From Dehalococcoidia bacterium (GTDB lineage: Bacteria; Chloroflexota; Dehalococcoidia; Lucifugimonadales; UBA3495), in the NCBI GenBank assembly GCA_034423195.1, contig DAOUIZ010000034.1, forward strand, positions 2,023 through 66,022: DNA of 64,000 nucleotides, read 5' to 3'. Below the pieces are notes generated by a model that had not been told where the DNA came from, made no database searches, and saw only the letters and a list, made by a program, of their open reading frames with translations. Shown one piece after another: positions 18,170 through 26,215 of this stretch. The position numbers and the translations under genes are program-made. Each line of letters begins with the position of its first letter. The stretch's first letter is position 1.

Positions 18170-18238
18170 CCTTCGGGCAGTCGTGAAGGCGGGAAATGGC
18201 ACCAATGCCCCGGCCATCCGCTTTCAATTGGGCTATCT

Positions 18239-18264
18239 TTCAGTCAGGCTATTCAGTCAGGCTA
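18239..18264. repeat. Perfect tandem duplication, 13 nt x 2 (TTCAGTCAGGCTA)
   Basis: Read directly. Ends 4 nt before the GAGGAGG ribosome-binding site of the PEP-mutase-family gene. Confidence 0.95.
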
Positions 18265-18283
18265 TAACGAGGAGGACGCGACG

Positions 18284-19162
18284 ATGAGCACTTCAGAAAT
18301 GACCATTACCAAGCCCACGGCTAAGTTGAGGGGAATGCTCAATTCGGAGGGATTGATCGTGGCTCCCTTCGTGATGAACGGCCTGCACGCGAGGATCGCC
18401 GAGTCGGTGGGCTTCAACGCGGTGTACATGACGGGCGCGGGCACCGCGGCGGAGCGGGGGTTTCCCGACGTGGGCTGGCTGACCATGACGGAAATGGTCG
18501 CCAACGCCAAGTACATCGCCAACGCCGTGGACATTCCGGTGGTGTGCGACGCCGATACGGGATACGGCAACGCGCTGAACGTGCAGCGGACGGTGCGGGA
18601 GTACGAGGCCGCCGGGGTGGCGGGGATTCACATTGAGGACCAGGTGTTTCCCAAGAAGTGCGGGTTCTTCGAGGGGAAGCAGGTGGTTTCGATGGAGGAG
18701 CATGTCCAGAAGATACGGGCGGCTCTGGATGCCCGCCGTGACCCGGATTTTGTCATCATCGCCCGCTGCGACGCCTACGCCGTTACGGGCTGGGAGGACA
18801 CGGTGCGCCGGTGCCGGGCCTACCGGGATGCCGGGGCGGACATGGTCTTCGTGGACGGAATCAAGACCCTGGACGACCTGCGGAACTACGCCGACGACCT
18901 TCCCGACATGCCCCGGATGTACAACGGCGACCTGACTTCGACCCAGGAAGTGGAAGCGCTGGGCTACAAGCTGATGATCTGCGGCAGCACCATCTGGCTC
19001 ATTTACAAGCAGCTGCTGGAAGCCTTCACCGAGTTGAAGAACGACGGGCGGGTGGACCCCAGCCGGTACGGGACCCGCTGGGACGTGGCGGGGCTGCTGG
19101 GCCTGGACAACGTGTACGAGCTGGAACGCAAGTACGGGGTGACCGAGGCCCCGGTGGGATGA
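18284..19162 (+). CDS. Isocitrate lyase/PEP mutase superfamily enzyme (2-methylisocitrate lyase / oxaloacetate decarboxylase-like)
   Basis: DADTGYGNALNVQRTVREYEAAGVAGIHIEDQVFPKKCG core motif. Confidence 0.85.
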   Translation: MSTSEMTITKPTAKLRGMLNSEGLIVAPFVMNGLHARIAESVGFNAVYMTGAGTAAERGFPDVGWLTMTEMVANAKYIANAVDIPVVCDADTGYGNALNVQRTVREYEAAGVAGIHIEDQVFPKKCGFFEGKQVVSMEEHVQKIRAALDARRDPDFVIIARCDAYAVTGWEDTVRRCRAYRDAGADMVFVDGIKTLDDLRNYADDLPDMPRMYNGDLTSTQEVEALGYKLMICGSTIWLIYKQLLEAFTELKNDGRVDPSRYGTRWDVAGLLGLDNVYELERKYGVTEAPVG

Positions 19163-19207
19163 ACTGAGACCACGGAGGACATTCACCGTTAGGGGGGGAG
19201 GTATATT

Positions 19208-19534
19208 ATGCCCCGTTTTCTGGTACAGGCTTCTTACAACCGCGAAGGAATATCAGCCCTGATTGCCAACCCGCAGGACCGGGCGGCGGCGATACGGCAA
19301 ATGGTTGAAGGGATGGGCGGGAAGCTGGAGAGCTTCGACTACGCTTTCGGCGACTATGACGTGGTAGCCATTGGCGAATTTCCCGACAACATCAGCATGG
19401 CCGCCGTATCGATGGCCGTCTCGGCCGCTGGGGCGGCCAGAAATATCAAGACCACTCTCCTGCTGCCGGTGGAGGAAGCAATAGAAGCCATGAGAAAGGC
19501 GGGGTCGGTGGGCTACCAGCCCCCCGGCAGCTAG
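19208..19534 (+). CDS. GYD domain protein
   Basis: 108 aa. The pattern MPRFLVQASYNREGISALI..GGKLESFDYAFGDYDVVAI is characteristic of the GYD family. Confidence 0.7.
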   Translation: MPRFLVQASYNREGISALIANPQDRAAAIRQMVEGMGGKLESFDYAFGDYDVVAIGEFPDNISMAAVSMAVSAAGAARNIKTTLLLPVEEAIEAMRKAGSVGYQPPGS

Positions 19535-19583
19535 GAGGAGCGGCAGTCGCCGCCTCCTGACTGTATCGCATCCGTCGTTTTAA

Positions 19584-19643
19584 CCCCATCCTGGCCCCCG
19601 CCTACGCGGGGGCCAGGCTCTTCCACCGTCAAGGGGGAAGGGA
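19584..19643 (+). repeat. Double-hairpin intergenic repeat, copy A (3' of the LLM gene)
   Basis: CCCCATCCTGGCCCCCGCCTACGCGGGGGCCAGGCTCTTCCACCGTCAAGGGGGAAGGGA. About 85 % identical to copy B at 20657-20717, in the same orientation. Confidence 0.85.
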
Positions 19644-19659
19644 ATCTTGGGATGGTTTC

Positions 19660-20613
19660 TTATTCCTGGGGGATGAGGGGCATGACCTCGCGGGAGAACT
19701 GCTCCATCCCTTCCTGCTGGGCGGGTACGCTGTCGCCGGGGAAGCTGAGGATGAAGTTGGAGACTCCCAGGTCCTGGTACTGGCGGAGGTCGGCGGCGAT
19801 CTGTTCCGGCCGTCCCTGCATCATGGGGCGGACCGGGTCGGCGGGGGCGGCGAAGGATACGTTGATGCTGAAGCAGATGTCCACCGCATTCTCGGGACGC
19901 CCGGCCTGTACGCTGAGGCGGCGGAGGCGGGCAATCTTGGCTGCCATCTCCTCGGGCTCCAGGATGGCGGGGGGGCGGAGGCCGATGGGCATCCACCCGT
20001 CGCCCAGCTCGGCGGCGCGGCGGATGGCCGGTCCCGTGTGACCGCCGACCCAGATGGGAGGGTGGGGCTCCTGGACGGGTTTGGGCAGGAAACCGGCTCC
20101 CGCCACATCGTAGTATTCCCCGTGGAACTCGGGGTTGTCGCTGGTCCAGAGCTCCTTGAAGAGGCGGATGTAATCGTTGGTGACTGCGCCGCGCTGGGCG
20201 AAGGTGTCGAGGCCGAGGGCGCGAAATTCCTCTTCCATCCAGCCGACGCCGGCTCCCAGAATCAGGCGTCCGCCGGAGAGGACATCGAGGGTCGCCAGCA
20301 TCTTGGCGGTGAGGACCGGGTTGCGGTAGGGGAGGATGAGGACGTGGGTGCCGAGCCGGACGCGGTGGGTGCAGCCCGCCAGGAAGTTCAGGGTTGAGAT
20401 GGGCTCGTAGTAGGGCTGGTCCGGGGTGAAGGTGGCGACACCGTCGGCGGAGTAGGGGTAGAAGGAGCTGACTTCCCGGGGGAGGATGATGTGGTCGCTG
20501 ACCCATACCGAGTCGAATCCCAGGTCCTCGGCGCGCTGGGCTATGGAACGGAGGTTGTCCGGGCTGGCCAGAGGCCCCCGGCTGGGTGCGGAGCATCCGA
20601 AAGTTGTGGGCAT
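19660..20613 (-). CDS. Luciferase-like monooxygenase (LLM) class, probably F420-dependent oxidoreductase
   Basis: LGFDSVWVSDH, GGRLILGAGVGW and the overall LLM TIM-barrel pattern. Confidence 0.85.
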   Translation of the reverse strand: MPTTFGCSAPSRGPLASPDNLRSIAQRAEDLGFDSVWVSDHIILPREVSSFYPYSADGVATFTPDQPYYEPISTLNFLAGCTHRVRLGTHVLILPYRNPVLTAKMLATLDVLSGGRLILGAGVGWMEEEFRALGLDTFAQRGAVTNDYIRLFKELWTSDNPEFHGEYYDVAGAGFLPKPVQEPHPPIWVGGHTGPAIRRAAELGDGWMPIGLRPPAILEPEEMAAKIARLRRLSVQAGRPENAVDICFSINVSFAAPADPVRPMMQGRPEQIAADLRQYQDLGVSNFILSFPGDSVPAQQEGMEQFSREVMPLIPQE

Positions 20614-20656
20614 GAGCGGTCTCCTTGTTATGGGGTGGGTGAGGATTGAGTTTTCA

Positions 20657-20717
20657 CCCCCATCCTAACCCCCGGCTACCCGGGGGCAGGCTCTTCCCCC
20701 GCCCAAGGGGGAAGGGA
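20657..20717 (+). repeat. Double-hairpin intergenic repeat, copy B (5' of the LLM gene)
   Basis: CCCCCATCCTAACCCCCGGCTACCCGGGGGCAGGCTCTTCCCCCGCCCAAGGGGGAAGGGA. Hairpin 1 closing pair is swapped relative to copy A (C-G to G-C). Confidence 0.85.
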
Positions 20718-20787
20718 CTAAGGGGGTGTGTGAGAATGGGTGTCCTAAGTTGGAGACATGCGAAATGGGAACGAGACGGGGGTCTGG

Positions 20788-20853
20788 ATTCCCGCCCCTT
20801 TCCCTCCTTCGTCGTCCCTCCTCAGTCGCCAGGGGCAGGCTCTGCGCGGGAAT
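20788..20853. repeat. 8-bp inverted repeat ATTCCCGC ... GCGGGAAT with a 50-nt spacer containing a third fragment (GGGGCAGGCTCT) of the 19.6/20.7-kb repeat
   Basis: Read directly. Confidence 0.8.
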
Positions 20854-20966
20854 GACGGGAAAGATGTTGGGCGTGGGAAACAGAGTAGTGGGATAGCTGA
20901 CGGGTACATCCGGGCTGGCCGAGTCCAGGTGGGCCGTATCCCGACTAACCTGTTCCGGGGCGTATG

Positions 20967-21323
20967 TTACAGCAGGGCCTCGACCTTTTCGACGAACCGC
21001 TCCACCGCGTCGAGGTCTTCGCCCACTTCCTCGGCTGTCATGGAGTCTTCGTAGAAATTGATGTGCAAGCCACTTGCGATCCCGAACAACCGGCGGATTT
21101 CGCGGTCACTCGATTTGTTGATGACGGCACGCAGAACCGGAAAAAGCTGGGAGTGCCGCTCGTGGTCCAGCCCGTTCTGATCCGCAAATGCCTTCATGAT
21201 CGTGGCAGCCGCCCCCCAACCTTTCTCGGCGGCTTGTTCGAGATCACCGGCGGCGAGTTCTTCCCGGGCCTTGACCAGAAAGCCGCGGCTGCGCTCCCGG
21301 TAGCTGCGCTTCTGTTGCACCAT
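20967..21323 (-). CDS. PaREP1-like (HEPN-superfamily) small helical protein
   Basis: SRGFLVKAREELAAGDLEQAAEKGWGAAATIMKAFA ... ASGLHINFYED matches my recollection of the PaREP1 family pattern. Start moved to the internal ATG 21323. Confidence 0.55.
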   Translation of the reverse strand: MVQQKRSYRERSRGFLVKAREELAAGDLEQAAEKGWGAAATIMKAFADQNGLDHERHSQLFPVLRAVINKSSDREIRRLFGIASGLHINFYEDSMTAEEVGEDLDAVERFVEKVEALL

Positions 21324-21532
21324 CGAGGCTCCCTCGTACAAGGTGTTGACTGCTTTCCGGTGGCGGGGTGTGGCCGGTTTGAGCACGGCGGCGGCGCCCC
21401 GCCGCCACCGGGAGTATACCACCCGAGGTTGACCGCGCGGAAATTGACATCCTGTAAACCCCCGTCGTTCCTGCGCCGCCCGACCGGGAACGCGCTGCGG
21501 CTTCCCGTTATATTACAAAAACTCACAGAAAA

Positions 21533-21576
21533 TTGGGTGAAAAGTTACGCCTATGTTACAATTTGGGTGATACAAT
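21533..21576 (+). promoter_or_regulatory. Candidate sigma70-type promoter(s) for the giant surface-protein gene
   Basis: TTGGGT (21533-21538), an 18-nt spacer, then TACAAT (21557-21562). A second TTGGGTGA / TACAAT unit follows at 21563-21576. Confidence 0.3.
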
Positions 21577-21589
21577 GTCTCGTGGCGGC

Positions 21590-21608
21590 CCTGATACCGG
21601 GTATCAGG
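21590..21608. promoter_or_regulatory. Perfect 19-nt palindrome CCTGATAC-CGG-GTATCAGG in the leader of the giant gene
   Basis: Read directly. About 80 nt upstream of ATG 21688 and downstream of the TACAAT boxes. Confidence 0.5.
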
Positions 21609-21687
21609 TGATGGCTGGTTGCGATACCGGCCCCGGCCGCCGCCGGCTGCCCGGATGCGCCGGCAACCCCCCCGCGAGGTCTCCAGA

Positions 21688-24600
21688 ATGAAGCTCCGTT
21701 ACCTGCTCCCCAAACTCCGCCTGGGCGTGGCTGCTGTTGCGCTGCTGGGCCTGCTGGCCGCTGCCGCGACGGCGGCTTTTTTGCTTCCTGGGGCCGCTCG
21801 GGCCCAGGAGGAACCAGAGTACAAATACATTGATTTGGTAATGCTTTATGAACACGGGCCTTCCAGTAACCGCAGAGATGTTGTATACCGTGTTCAAAAT
21901 AATGGGACCGCGACAGCCACCGGCGTGACCGTATCATTTCTGCTCGAGGGCTTGGAAGCAAGTGCTGCGGATTTAGGCTCCAGCATTACAGGCATAGAGA
22001 CTGTGAACAATATCAACCAGAGGCTTACATGGGAGATTGGCACTATACCACCGGGGGGCATCACCATAAATCCAGTGGTATTCAGCACAACACTCCACTC
22101 TAATACTCCCACGCTGTCTGTCGGCGAATACCGGGTCGGAGTCATAAACGCCACAGCTTCCTCAATTGAGCCTGAACCGGATTTATTGATGGGCAATAAC
22201 GTCATAAAATTATATTCATTTGCTTATACAATTCCCCCAGCGTCATCCGAACACATGTCGCGTAATAGGCTGGGGCTCCTGCTGTCCGTAGACGACCTAC
22301 GGCCGGACGCAGGAGACGATGTGACCTTCAGCTTGACCGCCCATAACTTCAATCCTGGGGCTACTGTTGGCTTCTCCTACGCAATCACAGATATAACTAT
22401 CAAGATGGAATTATCCGATGGACTGGAATTCTCCTCGGGCGGCCAGTCCATAACCTGGCGGCCGGACCCAGTGGATACTCGTCTTCAGTATGACCCTAAT
22501 CTTGACTTTCCCGCTTCTCGGGAAATTGATATACAGGCGCGACTGACCTCGAACAGCCTGGACGAAATCCCGCTGAGGAAGCGGTGCATCACCGCCTGGG
22601 TGGAGAACAGTAGCCCCCCACCCACCCTGAGTTACGCCCTAGGCAGCCTCAAGCAATGCCTGGGCGGCCCGCCGGTACTGCTTGAGGAAGGCTCGGTAGC
22701 CTTTTTGACGTCGTTCCCTTGCATAGATGACAGCCATACCGATGCCCATCAATGCGAGAGCGTTCCCGGTGTTGCCGTAGCTGCGCGCCTGCCTTCTCGT
22801 CACGCAGATTACGTAGAATCCGGTGACTTCGACGCTAACCTGCGTTCCCATGGCGTGGGGCGCACGGACGAATTGGCAGCTGGTAGTACTAAGCGCACAG
22901 TCTTCCTGGACCCTGAGTCCGTCTTCATTCAAGTCAAAGACCCCGAGGGGCGCGTCCAGGACAGCCACTCACATAGCGTTTCTGACATTTCCTGGCAAAC
23001 GGCTAGAAAGGCTATCAGCGGAAAGAATCGCGCGGTGGATGGCGTAACGATAACCTACACGCGGAAGGACATCAAAGACAAAGATGCGTGGAATTCCCTG
23101 GGTCCCCGAACTCTGACCGTCACCAGGGCGGATGGAACGACGCCAGGAAAAGTGAAAATCCGTCTGAACAGCAGCGGAAACCAATTCTTTGATCTCAGCT
23201 CTGGGACGGCGACAAAAAACGCCTTTAATATAACCTCGGTGAGTACGTCGGTAACTCAGTATTTTGCCGAATTCGAGACGCTGGGCACTTATTTCATAGA
23301 CTATTCTTTAACGCTCACAGACTCCAGCAGCAACGCATACACCGACTCGGGCCGCTACACCTTCCACGTCGGCCCCATAGCGGAACTGGAGGTGCGGGAC
23401 GGCGGGGCCAGCCCTCACGCCGCCGCCGGCGAGAGCGCGCTGACGATAGTCGCCCTGAACAACGGGCCGGACACGGCCCCCGCCGCGCGGGTGACCGGGC
23501 TGCCCACCAGGGCGAAAGCGCTCCACACCAGCCAGGGCAGCTACGATCCGGATACCGGGGTATGGAACTTAGGCGAACTGGAGGACAAGGACTTTCGCCG
23601 GGCGACGGGCAGACCCGAGGGGGCCACGCTGGTCCTGAGCGCGGCTGACGGAGACACGGCCGAAGTAGCCATTGCCAACTCGCAAGACTACCAGGTGTGC
23701 ATCGACAGCAGCGCCGAGGACGTGGACCTCTCTTCCCCTTCCGAGACTGCCTGCACCACCGAGGACTCCACCAACACCTGGCACACCACTCCCTACTACG
23801 ACCACATTGCCGGCAACAACACGGCGGTCATCACGGCGGCCCGGGGCACGGACGGCGTCGGGCCGGGCGTGCCGGCCAACCCCAGGGCGCAGACCGGGGC
23901 CACCGCCGTGATGTGGGACAAAGTCGACCTGCTGTACGGCCTGCCGGTGGAGCGCTACGAGGTGCAGTGGCTGGGCAACGGCTGGACCACGCTGGACCGG
24001 GCGGTGTACGGGACCCGGTACGGGGATGCCGCGCCCAGCGGGCGGCGGGACTACCGGGTGCGGGCGGTGAACGCGGCGGGGACGCCGGGCCCCTGGTCCC
24101 GCAGCACCGCCACGGTGCAGGCCGGCCAGGCCGGCCCGCCGGTCAACCTGAGAGCGCAGGCCGACGGCAACAACGCCATCGACCTGTTCTGGGACGCGCC
24201 CGAGGACGCGGGCGGGTCGGCCGTCACCGGCTACACGGTGCAGTGGTCCACGGAGGAGACCGGTCCCTGGAACAACGCGGGCAGCGCGACGGACCTCACC
24301 TTCAAGCACCGGGGGCTGCAGGTCGGGGCGGTGCGGTGGTACCGGGTGGCGGCACGGAACAGCGGCGGCCTGGGCCATTGGTCGGAGTCGGTGATGGGGC
24401 AGACGGTGTCCGGCGTCCCCGACGCGCCCACCCTGACGGCCAGGACCCTGTCCGACTACGAAATAGAGCTGACCTGGAACCAGCCGAAGGACAACGGGCA
24501 GCCCATCACCGGCTACCAGGTGGAGTTTTCGTCCGACGGCTCGGCGGAAAGCTGGAGCCGGCTGTCCGCGCCGGGGGCTGACGCCATCACCCACACCGAC

Positions 24601-25962
24601 GACACCCTGCCGGCCAACACCCGGCGTTACTACCGGGTGCGGGCGGTGAACAGCGTGGGCGGCGGGGCCTGGTCGCGGACGGTTTCGGCCATCACCCAGC
24701 TCACTCCGCCCGACGCGCCGTCGCTGACCAGCGTGGATGCAGACGGCCCCAACGCCATCATGGTGACCTGGCGCGAGCCCCACCATGTGGGCGACCTGAG
24801 CATCACCCAGTACCAGGTGCAATATGCCAAGAACCAGTACTCCGAGATCTGGCGCGGCCCGGCCACGCTGTCCGGCTCCACCCGGTCCTGGCGTCACACC
24901 GGGCTGAAGCCGGGGGAGACCTGGCACTACCAGGTGCGGGCCAGCAACGGCGGCGGCCGCTGGAGTCCCTGGTCCTATTCCCTGTCGGCGACGACGGCTG
25001 CGGACAACGCCCCCAAGCCCGTGAGCGGCTTCAGCGCCCGGTACGACAAGGACCTGGACCAGATCACGCTGACGTGGAACGACTCCTCCACCTCCGACGC
25101 GACAACGTGGTACGAGCTGGACCGGTCAGAAGACGGCAGCGACTGGCGCATGTTGAGTTCCAATCCGAGTTGCAGCGAGGGGAAGTGCTTCTATGCGGAT
25201 ACCGACCTGTGGCCCGGGGCCAAGCTGTACTACCGGGTCCGGGCGGCTAACATTCACGGTGAGGGACCGTGGTCCGGCCAGCAGTCGGCGACGAGGCCGC
25301 CCAATCCGCCGGGCGAGCCCCGGATCAACTGGATGGAATCCGACGGGTCCAACCACATCGTCATCGAATGGGAGCCGCCCTACGACGACGGCGGCGCGGA
25401 CATCACCGGGTACCGGCTGCTGTGGTGCCGGGCCCTGGACGGCGCGGACGACAACCCCTGCCTGCTGGGGGAGAGCAACTCTCCGGCCGATCCGCCGCGA
25501 TACAGCGCTATCTCACTGGGGGCGTCGGCGCGGACCTACACCCACTCCGTCAGTCCCGGATACTTCTACTACTACCTGCTGCGGGCGACCAACGGCGGCA
25601 ACCGCTGGAGCGAGTGGCAGGAACCCGACATCCAGTATGCCAGGACGTATGCTGGGGTGCCCTCCGCGCCGGGCCTGACGGCCCGGGCCGTGGATTCCAG
25701 CCAGATCAAGCTGACCTGGACCAGGCCCAATTCCTACGGCTCAGAGATCAACAGCTACTGGCTGTACGTGTACTACGAGGGGGACAAGCTGTACGACTGG
25801 GACAACATCCTGGACGTCCTGACCATCCAGGGCAGCGAGGCCGAATACACCATCGAGGGCCTGGCTCCCGAGACCACCCGCTACTTCCGCATCCGCGCCC
25901 TCAACGACAACGGGGAGGGCAAATACTCCGTGCTGCGGCAGGCCACGACGCCTGCCAACTGA
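21688..25962 (+). CDS. Giant secreted surface/adhesin-like protein: signal peptide, about 3 DUF11/CARDB-like repeats, 7 tandem fibronectin type III domains
   Basis: MKLRYLLPKLRLGVAAVALLGLLAAAATAAFLLPGAARA signal peptide. DUF11-like endings (TWEIGTIPPGG; YDPDTGVWNLGELE). Seven FN3 modules, each ending in a Y(Y)RVRA.N..G.G.WS-type strand. No C-terminal anchor seen. Confidence 0.85.
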   Translation: MKLRYLLPKLRLGVAAVALLGLLAAAATAAFLLPGAARAQEEPEYKYIDLVMLYEHGPSSNRRDVVYRVQNNGTATATGVTVSFLLEGLEASAADLGSSITGIETVNNINQRLTWEIGTIPPGGITINPVVFSTTLHSNTPTLSVGEYRVGVINATASSIEPEPDLLMGNNVIKLYSFAYTIPPASSEHMSRNRLGLLLSVDDLRPDAGDDVTFSLTAHNFNPGATVGFSYAITDITIKMELSDGLEFSSGGQSITWRPDPVDTRLQYDPNLDFPASREIDIQARLTSNSLDEIPLRKRCITAWVENSSPPPTLSYALGSLKQCLGGPPVLLEEGSVAFLTSFPCIDDSHTDAHQCESVPGVAVAARLPSRHADYVESGDFDANLRSHGVGRTDELAAGSTKRTVFLDPESVFIQVKDPEGRVQDSHSHSVSDISWQTARKAISGKNRAVDGVTITYTRKDIKDKDAWNSLGPRTLTVTRADGTTPGKVKIRLNSSGNQFFDLSSGTATKNAFNITSVSTSVTQYFAEFETLGTYFIDYSLTLTDSSSNAYTDSGRYTFHVGPIAELEVRDGGASPHAAAGESALTIVALNNGPDTAPAARVTGLPTRAKALHTSQGSYDPDTGVWNLGELEDKDFRRATGRPEGATLVLSAADGDTAEVAIANSQDYQVCIDSSAEDVDLSSPSETACTTEDSTNTWHTTPYYDHIAGNNTAVITAARGTDGVGPGVPANPRAQTGATAVMWDKVDLLYGLPVERYEVQWLGNGWTTLDRAVYGTRYGDAAPSGRRDYRVRAVNAAGTPGPWSRSTATVQAGQAGPPVNLRAQADGNNAIDLFWDAPEDAGGSAVTGYTVQWSTEETGPWNNAGSATDLTFKHRGLQVGAVRWYRVAARNSGGLGHWSESVMGQTVSGVPDAPTLTARTLSDYEIELTWNQPKDNGQPITGYQVEFSSDGSAESWSRLSAPGADAITHTDDTLPANTRRYYRVRAVNSVGGGAWSRTVSAITQLTPPDAPSLTSVDADGPNAIMVTWREPHHVGDLSITQYQVQYAKNQYSEIWRGPATLSGSTRSWRHTGLKPGETWHYQVRASNGGGRWSPWSYSLSATTAADNAPKPVSGFSARYDKDLDQITLTWNDSSTSDATTWYELDRSEDGSDWRMLSSNPSCSEGKCFYADTDLWPGAKLYYRVRAANIHGEGPWSGQQSATRPPNPPGEPRINWMESDGSNHIVIEWEPPYDDGGADITGYRLLWCRALDGADDNPCLLGESNSPADPPRYSAISLGASARTYTHSVSPGYFYYYLLRATNGGNRWSEWQEPDIQYARTYAGVPSAPGLTARAVDSSQIKLTWTRPNSYGSEINSYWLYVYYEGDKLYDWDNILDVLTIQGSEAEYTIEGLAPETTRYFRIRALNDNGEGKYSVLRQATTPAN

Positions 25963-26215
25963 GGATGGGCGGCGGGTGGAACGGGGTTGCCGGAGCGCCA
26001 GGACTGGTCTGACCGGCAACTGGGTAGAGGGGCAGGGACGATCCCACCCGCCGTCAGTCCAGCAACAAAGGCATCCAGGTGGTCATGTGTGGTAAGGTGC
26101 TGCCGGAAATGACAGCGGCCTGGGCCAAGGCTGAAGCCGCTGTCAACGAGGCGTCGGCGATCCCCGTTCCGGGCGACTCCGGCGCCCCAACTTGCAGCAA
26201 CCGGAGATTCGGCAC

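Noticed and set aside
17522-18217. 231-aa minus-strand ORF opposite the hypothetical gene at 17441-18169
   Set aside because: Pro/Arg/Gly-rich composition. The plus-strand frame has high GC3 and a balanced amino-acid composition, and it starts 4 nt after the upstream gene.
19580-20596. 338-aa alternative-frame minus-strand ORF overlapping the LLM gene
   Set aside because: Pro/Arg-rich nonsense composition. The other frame gives a standard luciferase-like oxidoreductase.
23569-24927. 452-aa minus-strand ORF and a 294-aa out-of-frame plus-strand ORF (23697-24581) inside the FN3 region
   Set aside because: Both are Arg/Pro/Gly-dominated low-complexity translations. The annotated frame gives seven well-formed FN3 modules.
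23900-25960. Regular periodicity of about 280-300 nt that could superficially suggest a repeat array or CRISPR
   Set aside because: The period corresponds to FN3 coding modules. The units are divergent at the DNA level, far longer than CRISPR repeats, and lie inside one continuous ORF. No CRISPR-like short identical repeats were seen anywhere in the window.
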